Assembly: GCA_965261545.1 (NCBI GenBank)
Contig: CBDHDF010000011.1
Coordinates: forward strand, 672,001 to 736,000
Length of the DNA stretch: 64,000 nt
Reading direction: 5' to 3'
Source: Bdellovibrionales bacterium
GTDB taxonomy: Bacteria; Bdellovibrionota; Bdellovibrionia; Bdellovibrionales; UBA1609
Made by a program: the position numbers and the translations under genes
Notes under the pieces: generated by a model
What the model saw: the letters and a program-made list of their open reading frames with translations, nothing else
Told to the model about the DNA's origin: nothing
The model's database searches: none
Shown: positions 52,913 to 62,322 of the stretch, one piece after another
Position numbering within the stretch: position 1 is the stretch's first letter
Layout: every line of letters starts with the position of its first letter

Positions 52913-53270
52913 TGTTAGACGACAATTAAAATTGGTGGCGCCAAGAACAAACGAAAGGAGGTGGAACAGGAAGAGTGATCTCGTATATTCTGAGAGAGAT
53001 AAGGGTCGGCCTCCGGCACTGAGGTGACAAGAATCTTGCTCAGGCTCTTTCAGGGAACTTGGGAACCATCCTCTGGATATTAAGGTAGGAGTGCGAGTGG
53101 GAGGTAATCCACAAGACTCAAATGCCGATAGAGGGTGGGGCAGAATGTCTCGTAGTAGCAAAGCTACACTGTAATAGGTGTAGGGCGAAGGGGGCATATT
53201 CTAAATGTAGGCTAGATGCAGAAACTGAAAGGGAGGTAAGCATAAAGTTGGATATACCCGAATTCTTTGG
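52913..53270 (+). mobile_element. Degenerate group II intron 5' part (domains I-III and start of IV)
   Basis: Ordered motifs TTAGACGACA..AAA, TCCGGCA..GAGGTG, CAGGC..GGAACTTGGGAACC, TAAGG..AGTGG..CCACAAG, GGGGCAGA..CGTAGTAG..GTAAT..GCGAAGGGG, GGGAGG, recalled from bacterial RmInt1-like introns; no RT ORF or domain V. Confidence 0.65.
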
Positions 53271-53299
53271 ATAAATAAGAAATAATATTCTTGTGGTTT

Positions 53300-53713
53300 G
53301 TGACGCGAACTTGTCATTTCGTTCGCTCCTTTGTAAATTTAAAATTTTGAAGTCTCCAATGCTCCTTTAAAAATAAAGTCACACACTTTACTTGCTAAAA
53401 CAACATTTTTCTTAGGATAAATTCAACCTTCTTAAACGGTAAATCGAAAAAGATGGTCACCCAAAGTCTCGTTCAAACATACATGCCATATGCAAAAAAA
53501 ATAGTCTTGAGCCTCCGAGTTCCCCAAGAGAACTTCAAGCATTTAAATGTGACTAAAGTACAGAAATCGCTTAGGAACTTGGTTGCCCTCACACAATTTA
53601 GATGTAGACAGCCGATCAAGATGCTTAGCACTCTTTTCCCAGTCCTCAATTATCGTGGCCAGCCGCTCCGCGTCTGTCACTCTAATTGCCGCTTCGCTAG
53701 ACGAATGGCATTG
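53300..53713 (+). pseudogene. IS4-family relic with right IR
   Basis: TGACGCGAACTTGTCATTT resembles the IS4 type A leader; NFKH..CRQ C-terminal-like peptide; ends AGACGAATGGCATTG (also seen at about 31059-31073). Confidence 0.55.
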
Positions 53714-53855
53714 ATCTAAAGGGGATTTACGTCCTGAAACATACCTAGATCGGCGGCACTTCCATAGGTGGGAGTGTGGCATTTTTGAGCAGAAACTAGA
53801 CAATAGCCTATTCATAAAATATATAAATTTCCGATATATAAATTTGTGTCGTAAC

Positions 53856-53961
53856 ACTCATGGGGGCGCCTTGCTTCCCCAGCCACGCCCATGAATGTTG
53901 TGTATTAAAATAGGATTTATTAATAAATTCAGGATTTTAGACGAAAAACATTCATAGTAAC
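53856..53961 (+). repeat. Hairpin cassette A (putative non-autonomous IS110-associated unit)
   Basis: Hairpin aacactcatggg...cccatgaatgtt; ends TTCATAGTAAC, identical to the IS110 right end. Confidence 0.7.
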
Positions 53962-54037
53962 ATTCATGGGGGCGCCTTGCTTCCCCACCCACGCCCATGA
54001 ATCTTATCTAGGCCCCCACTTCTTTGCACGAAGCAAC
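53962..54037 (+). repeat. Hairpin cassette L
   Basis: Hairpin attcatggg...cccatgaat; ends CGAAGCAAC; second copy at about 30459-30534 on the minus strand. Confidence 0.75.
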
Positions 54038-54155
54038 TCGGTGGACAGCTTCGCTGGTCTATATAATTGGCCTCTTTTAGTTACTCTGGACTTTTGATGG
54101 TATTTTTGTCATGTATGATTCCGATACAATAAAGGATAAAGCAATAACATTATTG

Positions 54156-54342
54156 GAAGGTGATAAGATGAGTGGCCGTTGAATAGATTGGTAATTTTAA
54201 TTCCGTGAAGTAACATGGTCTTGAGCTTTGGATCGAACCCACGCATGTACCTGCACTCTGAGTGTATGGACGTATAGTAAGTTGACCTATTTTCGCTTTA
54301 GAATTTATGGCAAAATCCCAAGGCTCTAGTTTTATCACCTTC
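54156..54342 (+). ncRNA. Putative IS110 bridge/guide RNA, copy 1
   Basis: Closed by an 11-bp inverted repeat GAAGGTGATAA / TTATCACCTTC followed by a T-run; internal stems; segments GAAGTAAC and ATAGTAA match the junctions. Confidence 0.6.
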
Positions 54343-54370
54343 TTTTTTTCTAACAGAAAGGAGGAGTCAT

Positions 54371-55571
54371 GTGGATATTATTTATAGTTCTGTTTGTGGA
54401 ATAGATGTTCATCAACATATGTTGATGTGTACGATTGTCAAAGTGGAAGACGGTAAGAAGAAGTTTTTCACAAAAGAGTTCAAGAATTTTCCAAAAAATT
54501 TTCCTAGAATGCGCTCTTGGATGAAGCCACATAAGGTTGAGAGAGTTCTTTTTGAGAGCACAGGGATTTATTGGAATTCTTTATACGATGATTTGACAGA
54601 AAAAGGTTATGAAGTAGATGTTATCAATGCCTTTCATGTCAAAAATATTACTGGTAAAAAAACTGACGTGTTGGATAGCCAGTGGATTGCAGAGCTTGGT
54701 GCTTGTGGTCTTCTAAGAGCTAGCTTCATTCCTCCACGTGAGATTCGTTCTATTAGACTTTTGGCTCGTTATCGTACAAAAACGATCCGCCAAATATCTT
54801 CGGAACAAAATCGTATGTATAAGGTTCTTGAATATTCAGGCATTCGTTTAACCTATGCAATGTCTAAAGCTGACTGCGTATCTGGTATGGCCATGATTCG
54901 TGCCATAGCTAATGGAGAGAGATCAGTTTCTAAATTGATGTCTCTTGCCAGAGGGTCTTTACGTCAAAAGACCGAAGAATTTTCTTACGCCCTGTCGGGA
55001 AAGATGACGGAAGAAAATCGTTTTGTTCTTCAACGCATTCTTGATCGAATAGATTTTTTGAAAAAAGAATGCTCTCAAATTGAAGAAGAACTTTTCATTC
55101 GTATGAAACCCTATGAAAGGCAGTGGCATCTACTCCAGACTATACCTGGAATTGACGAATTAAGTGCAGCGCTTTTGATTGCAGAAATAGGAGGCAATGT
55201 GAAGTCTTTTAAAAATAAAGGAAATTTTTGCTCCTGGATGGGGATTTGCCCATCCAATAATGAGAGCGCAGGAAAAAAAGTCTTCACGAACGAGGAAAGC
55301 GAACACATATGTGAAATCGTTGGTATGTGAGATGGCCAATAGTGCTATTAAGACGAATTCACAATTCAAAGGCAAATACCAATCACTTGTTATAAGGCGT
55401 GGGCACAAGAGATCAGTGATTGCCGTTGGTCACAAAATGATGGGAGTTGTTTATTCAGTCATAAGTAATGACACCCCCTACAAAGACCCTGGAATTGACT
55501 ATGAAAAGCTCATGGTGAAAAAAAATGCACCAAGGTGGATTAGAGCGTTAAAAAAGTATGATTTCATGTAA
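54371..55571 (+). pseudogene. IS110 recombinase, frameshifted (A7 instead of A9 at about 55273)
   Basis: Otherwise matches 55998-57200. Confidence 0.9.
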
Positions 55572-55782
55572 TGTAGGATGATTTAAAAACTCGGACATTT
55601 GAAAAAATTCGAAGAACGGATAGTGGATTCGTGCGTCCAAACTACCCCGGAGATTCATAGTAACTCGGTGGACAGCTTCGCTGGTCTATATAATTGGCCT
55701 CTTTTAGTTACTCTGGACTTTTGATGGTATTTTTGTCATGTATGATTCCGATACAATAAAGGATAAAGCAATAACATTATTG

Positions 55783-55969
55783 GAAGGTGATAAGATGAGT
55801 GGCCGTTGAATAGATTGGTAATTTTAATTCCGTGAAGTAACATGGTCTTGAGCTTTGGATCGAACCCACGCATGTACCTGCACTCTGAGTGTATGGACGT
55901 ATAGTAAGTTGACCTATTTTCGCTTTAGAATTTATGGCAAAATCCCAAGGCTCTAGTTTTATCACCTTC
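55783..55969 (+). ncRNA. Putative IS110 bridge/guide RNA, copy 2
   Basis: Same sequence as 54156-54342. Confidence 0.6.
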
Positions 55970-55997
55970 TTTTTTTCTAACAGAAAGGAGGAGTCAT

Positions 55998-57200
55998 GTG
56001 GATATTATTTATAGTTCTGTTTGTGGAATAGATGTTCATCAACATATGTTGATGTGTACGATTGTCAAAGTGGAAGACGGTAAGAAGAAGTTTTTCACAA
56101 AAGAGTTCAAGAATTTTCCAAAAAATTTTCCTAGAATGCGCTCTTGGATGAAGCCACATAAGGTTGAGAGAGTTCTTTTTGAGAGCACAGGGATTTATTG
56201 GAATTCTTTATACGATGATTTGACAGAAAAAGGTTATGAAGTAGATGTTATCAATGCCTTTCATGTCAAAAATATTACTGGTAAAAAAACTGACGTGTTG
56301 GATAGCCAGTGGATTGCAGAGCTTGGTGCTTGTGGTCTTCTAAGAGCTAGCTTCATTCCTCCACGTGAGATTCGTTCTATTAGACTTTTGGCTCGTTATC
56401 GTACAAAAACGATCCGCCAAATATCTTCGGAACAAAATCGTATGTATAAGGTTCTTGAATATTCAGGCATTCGTTTAACCTATGCAATGTCTAAAGCTGA
56501 CTGCGTATCTGGTATGGCCATGATTCGTGCCATAGCTAATGGAGAGAGATCAGTTTCTAAATTGATGTCTCTTGCCAGAGGGTCTTTACGTCAAAAGACC
56601 GAAGAATTTTCTTACGCCCTGTCGGGAAAGATGACGGAAGAAAATCGTTTTGTTCTTCAACGCATTCTTGATCGAATAGATTTTTTGAAAAAAGAATGCT
56701 CTCAAATTGAAGAAGAACTTTTCATTCGTATGAAACCCTATGAAAGGCAGTGGCATCTACTCCAGACTATACCTGGAATTGACGAATTAAGTGCAGCGCT
56801 TTTGATTGCAGAAATAGGAGGCAATGTGAAGTCTTTTAAAAATAAAGGAAATTTTTGCTCCTGGATGGGGATTTGCCCATCCAATAATGAGAGCGCAGGA
56901 AAAAAAAAGTCTTCACGAACGAGGAAAGCGAACACATATGTGAAATCGTTGGTATGTGAGATGGCCAATAGTGCTATTAAGACGAATTCACAATTCAAAG
57001 GCAAATACCAATCACTTGTTATAAGGCGTGGGCACAAGAGATCAGTGATTGCCGTTGGTCACAAAATGATGGGAGTTGTTTATTCAGTCATAAGTAATGA
57101 CACCCCCTACAAAGACCCTGGAATTGACTATGAAAAGCTCATGGTGAAAAAAAATGCACCAAGGTGGATTAGAGCGTTAAAAAAGTATGATTTCATGTAA
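55998..57200 (+). CDS. IS110-family DEDD (RuvC-like) recombinase/transposase
   Basis: GIDVH, FESTGIYW, KTDVLDS (DEDD); LQTIPGID, GICPSNNESAG (catalytic Ser loop); GGAGG RBS. Confidence 0.96.
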   Translation: MDIIYSSVCGIDVHQHMLMCTIVKVEDGKKKFFTKEFKNFPKNFPRMRSWMKPHKVERVLFESTGIYWNSLYDDLTEKGYEVDVINAFHVKNITGKKTDVLDSQWIAELGACGLLRASFIPPREIRSIRLLARYRTKTIRQISSEQNRMYKVLEYSGIRLTYAMSKADCVSGMAMIRAIANGERSVSKLMSLARGSLRQKTEEFSYALSGKMTEENRFVLQRILDRIDFLKKECSQIEEELFIRMKPYERQWHLLQTIPGIDELSAALLIAEIGGNVKSFKNKGNFCSWMGICPSNNESAGKKKSSRTRKANTYVKSLVCEMANSAIKTNSQFKGKYQSLVIRRGHKRSVIAVGHKMMGVVYSVISNDTPYKDPGIDYEKLMVKKNAPRWIRALKKYDFM

Positions 57201-57405
57201 TGTAGGATGATTTAAAAACTCGGACATTTGAAAAAATTCGAAGAACGGATAGTGGATTCGTGCGTCCAAACTACCCCGGAGATTCATAGTAACTACTCAA
57301 TCTTTCCACTTTGTGTGAGGAAGAATAGAGGGTTGCGAATCCAAAGCCTCCCCTATGAAGCTAATGGGGGGTGAACATTTACAAAAAAATTTAGACATAT
57401 ATTGA

Positions 57406-60204
57406 TTGGTTATAAATTTGGAATCTAATGAGATAATTAATAATTTTAAAAAAGATTTCGAATATTTAATGGGGTTTTCTCCATTTGAGTGGCAAAGAGA
57501 TCTTTTTTTTCAGTATTTTATTGGTCAAAACAATAACAATATTCCAAATATTCCTTCATTTATTGATATTCCAACCGGTCTGGGTAAGACTTCAGTGATG
57601 ACGATTTGGTATTTGGCTTTGAAATATGGATATATTGTACCTCGGCGCTTGATTTATGTCGTCGATAGGAGATCTGTAGTGGACCAAGCTACGTCAATTG
57701 CCAATGAGATTAGAATTAAAGCTCAAGATGAATTAGAAGAGCATAAACTTCTTGTAAGCACATTGCGTGGTCAGTATATAGATAATCGAGATTGGCTGGC
57801 TAACCCTGCGAATCCCTCCATTATTGTTGGTACTGTTGATATGATTGGCTCAAGAATTCTATTTTCAGGCTATGGTGTGTCTAATAAAATGAGATCCTAT
57901 CATGCCGGACTTATGGGAGTAGACTCACTCGTTGTTCTTGATGAAGCGCATTTGGTTCCTCCCTTCGAAAAAATGCTTCAAACAATTGTAAATAATAATA
58001 TGTTTGAACCTTCTAAGAAAGAGATTTGCAACTTTATGCCACCATTTAAATTGCTATCACTATCAGCCACAGGGTATGAGAGCAATGAAAATAAAGAAGG
58101 AGTATTTCAGTTAACCTCGAAGCACTGCAAAGATGAGTTGGTCAATAAGCGTCTAAACGCATGTAAAAGTCTTATTATCGAAAAAACTAATGATAAGGAA
58201 GATGTTGTAAGTGCGATAACTAAATATGCTTGGGATCTTAGTCAGGAAATGTGTGATTCTCGATCCACTTGTCGCATACTTATTTATTGTAATCTCCGAA
58301 AGAATGCCATAACAATTAAAGATAAGATTCACAAAAAAATTAATAACGAAAAAAAAATTCATTTTGTGTCTGAGCTTTTGGTTGGTAGTCGTCGAGTGCT
58401 TGAACGGCAAGAATTATCTTCTTGGTTGAGTCGTCATGGTTTCTTAAAAGATAACCAAGAATCAATGAAGAAGATAGATATTCAAAGAAATGAAGTTGAG
58501 CACCAGCCACAAGTTGCTTTTTTAATTGCGACATCAGCAGGTGAAGTAGGTATTGATCTTGATGCAGATCACATGATCTGCGATTTAGTTGAGTGGGAGC
58601 GTATGGTGCAGCGTTTTGGTCGAGTTAATCGCCGAGGTGAGAGTAAATCCTGTATTAAAGTCATTGTTAACTCAAAAAATGGCGATCTAAGATTATTAAA
58701 TCCATTGAGATTCTTTACGAAGAAATCTCAAATTTATGAAACAAAGAATGAAGAATGGAATCACCAAGAGTTATCCATATCTTTCAACGAGAAGGGAGTA
58801 AGCCCCAGAAACATATTGAAACTTAAAGAGTATGCAAAAAAAGATGAAAATATTCAGAATATGATTAAAGATGCTACGACAAAGTCACCGTTATGCCCAT
58901 ATTTGACTCGATCACTTGTCGATGCTTGGTCGATGACTTCACTACATGAACATACGGGTCGTCCCAATGATATTCAGCCATGGTTGCGTGGATGGGAAGA
59001 AAAATCAAATGCGCAAACTACGATCATCTGGCGTAAATATTTACCGATATGCAGAGGCGAACAAGAAGCGACTAAGAAAGATATTGAATCCTTCTTTGAA
59101 GCAGCGCCACCACATATCAGTGAGAAAATTGAAACCAAGACAATTGAGGTTGTTAATTGGTTTATAGATCAATTTAATAATAATAAATGTGAGTATGGCA
59201 CAAATAATAAAAATATTATTGGGTATATTTTTTATTCTTCCATGAAATTATATGAAAAAATATATACAAATGATATCAGAAAAGAATATAAAAAAGATTT
59301 AATAAAAAAACTCTCAGGAAATATATTAATTTTAAATAGTTCTTATGGAGGTCTTTCTGAGAATGGTATGCTTGATGCAACGCCTAATATACCTCTACAG
59401 CGTGTCATTGATGGTGATGATGAGTGGATGCCTAATTATGATGGCCCACCGACTATTCGATTTCGTATTCAATCTAGTATAGGGGCAAAGAAGATAGGTC
59501 TATTCAAAAAGACCTTATCTGATAATAGTAAATGGATAGAAGGCCATCGCTTTAATGTTGAGATAAATCAAGATGCTGAAGTCACACACTGGCTTGCTAT
59601 TGAAAAATGGTGTAGTGATTCGCAGACTGAAGAGGATCGGTCTACAGGATTTCCTCAATTATTAGAAGAACATCATGTTTGGACTGAAAAAAAAGCAAGA
59701 GTCTTGGCGAAGGCTCTTCATTTACCAGAAATTTATACCAAAATGCTTATGATTGCTGCCAAACTTCACGATGAAGGTAAGCGTTACAGGTATTGGCAGA
59801 GAGCATTCAATGCTCCATCTGATGGTGAGATTTATGCTAAAACAAAGGGACCTATAAGTTTAAAGCGATTGAATGGTTATCGTCATGAATTTGGTTCATT
59901 GCCATATGCAGAAGAAAATGAGGAGTTAAAGAGCTTGCCAACTGAACTTCAAGACCTTGCTCTACACTTAATTGCTGCACATCATGGTTGGGGGCGACCT
60001 AATATATCCACTTCAGGCAATGATAGTCCTCCTTCTGTTCTTGAGGATCGTGCATTAAATGTAGCGTTGCGATTTGCACGGTTACAGAAGCATTGGGGAC
60101 CTTGGGGTCTTGCTTGGTGGGAGTCCTTGTTGCGATCAGCAGATCAGCAGGCATCTCGTGAAAATGATGAGCGCAGCGTTGATTCTATAGGGGAGGTCTC
60201 GTGA
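57406..60204 (+). CDS. cas3: Type I-G (I-U) Cas3 helicase with C-terminal HD nuclease
   Basis: IPTGLGKT, PRRLIYVVDRR, DEAH, LSAT, EVGIDLD, QRFGRVNR; C-terminal HDEGK, YRHEFGS, AAHHG, ESLLRSAD. Confidence 0.95.
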   Translation: MVINLESNEIINNFKKDFEYLMGFSPFEWQRDLFFQYFIGQNNNNIPNIPSFIDIPTGLGKTSVMTIWYLALKYGYIVPRRLIYVVDRRSVVDQATSIANEIRIKAQDELEEHKLLVSTLRGQYIDNRDWLANPANPSIIVGTVDMIGSRILFSGYGVSNKMRSYHAGLMGVDSLVVLDEAHLVPPFEKMLQTIVNNNMFEPSKKEICNFMPPFKLLSLSATGYESNENKEGVFQLTSKHCKDELVNKRLNACKSLIIEKTNDKEDVVSAITKYAWDLSQEMCDSRSTCRILIYCNLRKNAITIKDKIHKKINNEKKIHFVSELLVGSRRVLERQELSSWLSRHGFLKDNQESMKKIDIQRNEVEHQPQVAFLIATSAGEVGIDLDADHMICDLVEWERMVQRFGRVNRRGESKSCIKVIVNSKNGDLRLLNPLRFFTKKSQIYETKNEEWNHQELSISFNEKGVSPRNILKLKEYAKKDENIQNMIKDATTKSPLCPYLTRSLVDAWSMTSLHEHTGRPNDIQPWLRGWEEKSNAQTTIIWRKYLPICRGEQEATKKDIESFFEAAPPHISEKIETKTIEVVNWFIDQFNNNKCEYGTNNKNIIGYIFYSSMKLYEKIYTNDIRKEYKKDLIKKLSGNILILNSSYGGLSENGMLDATPNIPLQRVIDGDDEWMPNYDGPPTIRFRIQSSIGAKKIGLFKKTLSDNSKWIEGHRFNVEINQDAEVTHWLAIEKWCSDSQTEEDRSTGFPQLLEEHHVWTEKKARVLAKALHLPEIYTKMLMIAAKLHDEGKRYRYWQRAFNAPSDGEIYAKTKGPISLKRLNGYRHEFGSLPYAEENEELKSLPTELQDLALHLIAAHHGWGRPNISTSGNDSPPSVLEDRALNVALRFARLQKHWGPWGLAWWESLLRSADQQASRENDERSVDSIGEVS

Positions 60205-61085
60205 ATCAGTTTTCAATTTCTGTCAATCTCTTTAACCCAGGGCAGGTTTTTGCTTGCCTTGGATTTCTAGAAGCTGCAGAGGTGCTAGTGGGCCATGTTC
60301 AAGGAGGTTTCATTTGGAATCAAGGAACCAAAGCAAAATTCTATTTAAATGTAGAGAGTGATAACAATCCTTTTAAAATCATACTGGAATTCTTAGTGAG
60401 GGCCAAGCTAAAGAGATGGGCCCCGATTGGCTATTCATATAAATCATCTAATAAAGCATCTGAATCAAAAGAAGATAAGAAAAATGACCTAGAGTTGCGC
60501 AAATTTTCTCCATTTTATTTTGATCATAAAGTTAAATCAAAGGAAATGATCTTGCCTATTTACTTCATTGGTGAGGACAATACATGTATTGATCTTAGTC
60601 ATTGGGCTGATGAATCTAGTCGTTACAATTTTAAGCTCTATGCAGGAAATCGCTCTGCATATAAAATTGCCAGAGATATGATTGAGAGCATTAAAGATCT
60701 TTGGAAAGAAAATCAGACTAATCTAATCAAGGACCCTTTTATGACTACTCATATGGGAGGAAATTTCAATTTTGATTCCCGAGGAAATTGGACTTCCATA
60801 AATGTGGGGTATTCACTAAACGATCAAAAACATCAAATTGTTTCTTCTCCAGTCGTTGAGCTTCTTGGAGCTTTGGGTTTGGAAAATGCTCGACCTAGTA
60901 AAGATGAGTGTGAAGATAGGAAAATTCATTATGCGGTTTGGAAGATTCCTCTTTTTCCAATACTAGCGCGTGCTGCACTTTGTGGAACTATTCCAAATAT
61001 TCCTATGCAAAAATTTTATTTTAAGTTAGAAAAATCTGGAAAGAATAAGATTGTTACTTTTGCACAAAAGGAGGATTCACTATGA
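60201..61085 (+). CDS. csb3: Type I-G large-subunit-type protein Csb3/Cas8g
   Basis: VNLFNPGQVFACLGFLEAA, FKLYAGNRS, FNFDSRG.W...VGYS, PVVELLGALGLE; overlaps the cas3 stop. Confidence 0.8.
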   Translation: MNQFSISVNLFNPGQVFACLGFLEAAEVLVGHVQGGFIWNQGTKAKFYLNVESDNNPFKIILEFLVRAKLKRWAPIGYSYKSSNKASESKEDKKNDLELRKFSPFYFDHKVKSKEMILPIYFIGEDNTCIDLSHWADESSRYNFKLYAGNRSAYKIARDMIESIKDLWKENQTNLIKDPFMTTHMGGNFNFDSRGNWTSINVGYSLNDQKHQIVSSPVVELLGALGLENARPSKDECEDRKIHYAVWKIPLFPILARAALCGTIPNIPMQKFYFKLEKSGKNKIVTFAQKEDSL

Positions 61086-62320
61086 ATGATTTGAAGGAAG
61101 AAGAGGTAAATGTAAAAAAAACTGAAGAAATGATTGAAAATTGGATTGATGATGAGAGTGATATTGTTGCATTACATTTGAAACAAGAACTATTACCTGT
61201 TGGAGGAAAAAAAGGTGAGAAGAATGTTATTTTCCCTCCTACTTATGCTGATATTGGTTATAATATTGATACACTGAGGGATGGGACAAAGGTTGCTCTT
61301 GTTGACAGTGTTGGTTCTCAGGCCAATCGCATGGAGCGAATTTTCAAAAAAAAATCCTACTCAAAACTTGTTCCTCAAATTGAAATAAATTTAGTAAATG
61401 ATGAAAAAAGAGAAGAAAAAGAAAAAAATGTTAATGAAAATAATAGTATTCGTAAAATATCTCTACTAGATTTAGCACATAGGGGTGCGGATGCTACTGT
61501 TTATTCATGTCCAGGTCTTGCGCAAGAAATGACAAAGGCTTTTCATGAATTGAAAATAAATGGTAATGCGTGGAAATTATTTAAATTATCTCCAACATCT
61601 TTGGTTTTTGGATTTTGGGATTCCCGTGGTGGTTCAGGTGAAAAATCTCCTCGTTTAGTTCGGTCGATTATTCGTGCATGGGATGTTGAATCCATCCATA
61701 GTGCAGCGCAATTTAATTCAATATGGAAATATCTCAGTGAAAATAATAAGAATGAACTTAAGAAATCAGGAAATAATGACAAGAGGTCTGCTGTAGGTCT
61801 TGCTGATGTTCCTTCGGTATTCCGGGAAAATAAACTTTCTAAAACACTTGATGATAGAATTTTTAATCTTGAGACAAGAGTTCTTGGAGGTATCCTAGTC
61901 AATGGAATCATTGAAAGAAATATCACTGTCAACTTGGTAGCTCTACGCAATATTTGTGGTGGCAATTCAGATAAAACTAAATCTATTCAATCTTATCTCT
62001 TAGCACTCTCCTTAATTGCAGCAACATATGAAATTGATTTATTCCTTCGTGAGGGTTGCCACCTTCGTTATACTCATGATGATTGTTGGGAGCAAATTCC
62101 TCGGAGAGGCGAAGGTAAGAAAGTTCAATTATTATTAAAGGATATATCTGAGTATGCTCAGAAGAAGGCTAGATCTTTCTATGAAAAAGGTGTAAATTGG
62201 ATTGGCCCTAAGCAGCTGATTTACAACTTTGATTTGGCTGAGGCCAAAAAACTGTCTAAGAAAGAAGTACAAAAGGACAAGAGTAAGGAAAATAAGAAAG
62301 ATACGAAGGGTGAGACTTAG
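61082..62320 (+). CDS. csb1: Type I-G Cas7 (Csb1)
   Basis: IFPPTYA, VDSVGSQANRME, HRGADA, PTSLVFGFWDS, LFLREGCHL. Confidence 0.92.
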   Translation: MNDLKEEEVNVKKTEEMIENWIDDESDIVALHLKQELLPVGGKKGEKNVIFPPTYADIGYNIDTLRDGTKVALVDSVGSQANRMERIFKKKSYSKLVPQIEINLVNDEKREEKEKNVNENNSIRKISLLDLAHRGADATVYSCPGLAQEMTKAFHELKINGNAWKLFKLSPTSLVFGFWDSRGGSGEKSPRLVRSIIRAWDVESIHSAAQFNSIWKYLSENNKNELKKSGNNDKRSAVGLADVPSVFRENKLSKTLDDRIFNLETRVLGGILVNGIIERNITVNLVALRNICGGNSDKTKSIQSYLLALSLIAATYEIDLFLREGCHLRYTHDDCWEQIPRRGEGKKVQLLLKDISEYAQKKARSFYEKGVNWIGPKQLIYNFDLAEAKKLSKKEVQKDKSKENKKDTKGET

Positions 62321-62322
62321 AT

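Larger units (their letters stand above)
54038..55664 (+). mobile_element. IS110-family element, copy 1 (1627 bp)
   Basis: Direct tandem repeat with 55665-57293; no IRs or TSD; shared AAC(T) core at each junction. Confidence 0.92.
55665..57293 (+). mobile_element. IS110-family element, copy 2 (1629 bp, intact)
   Basis: Tandem copy; right end GATTCATAGTAAC. Confidence 0.92.

Noticed and set aside
52932..52948. TGGTGGCGCC as a tRNA/tmRNA 3' end (CCA) or att site
   Set aside because: No T-arm or cloverleaf; the context fits an intron relic better.
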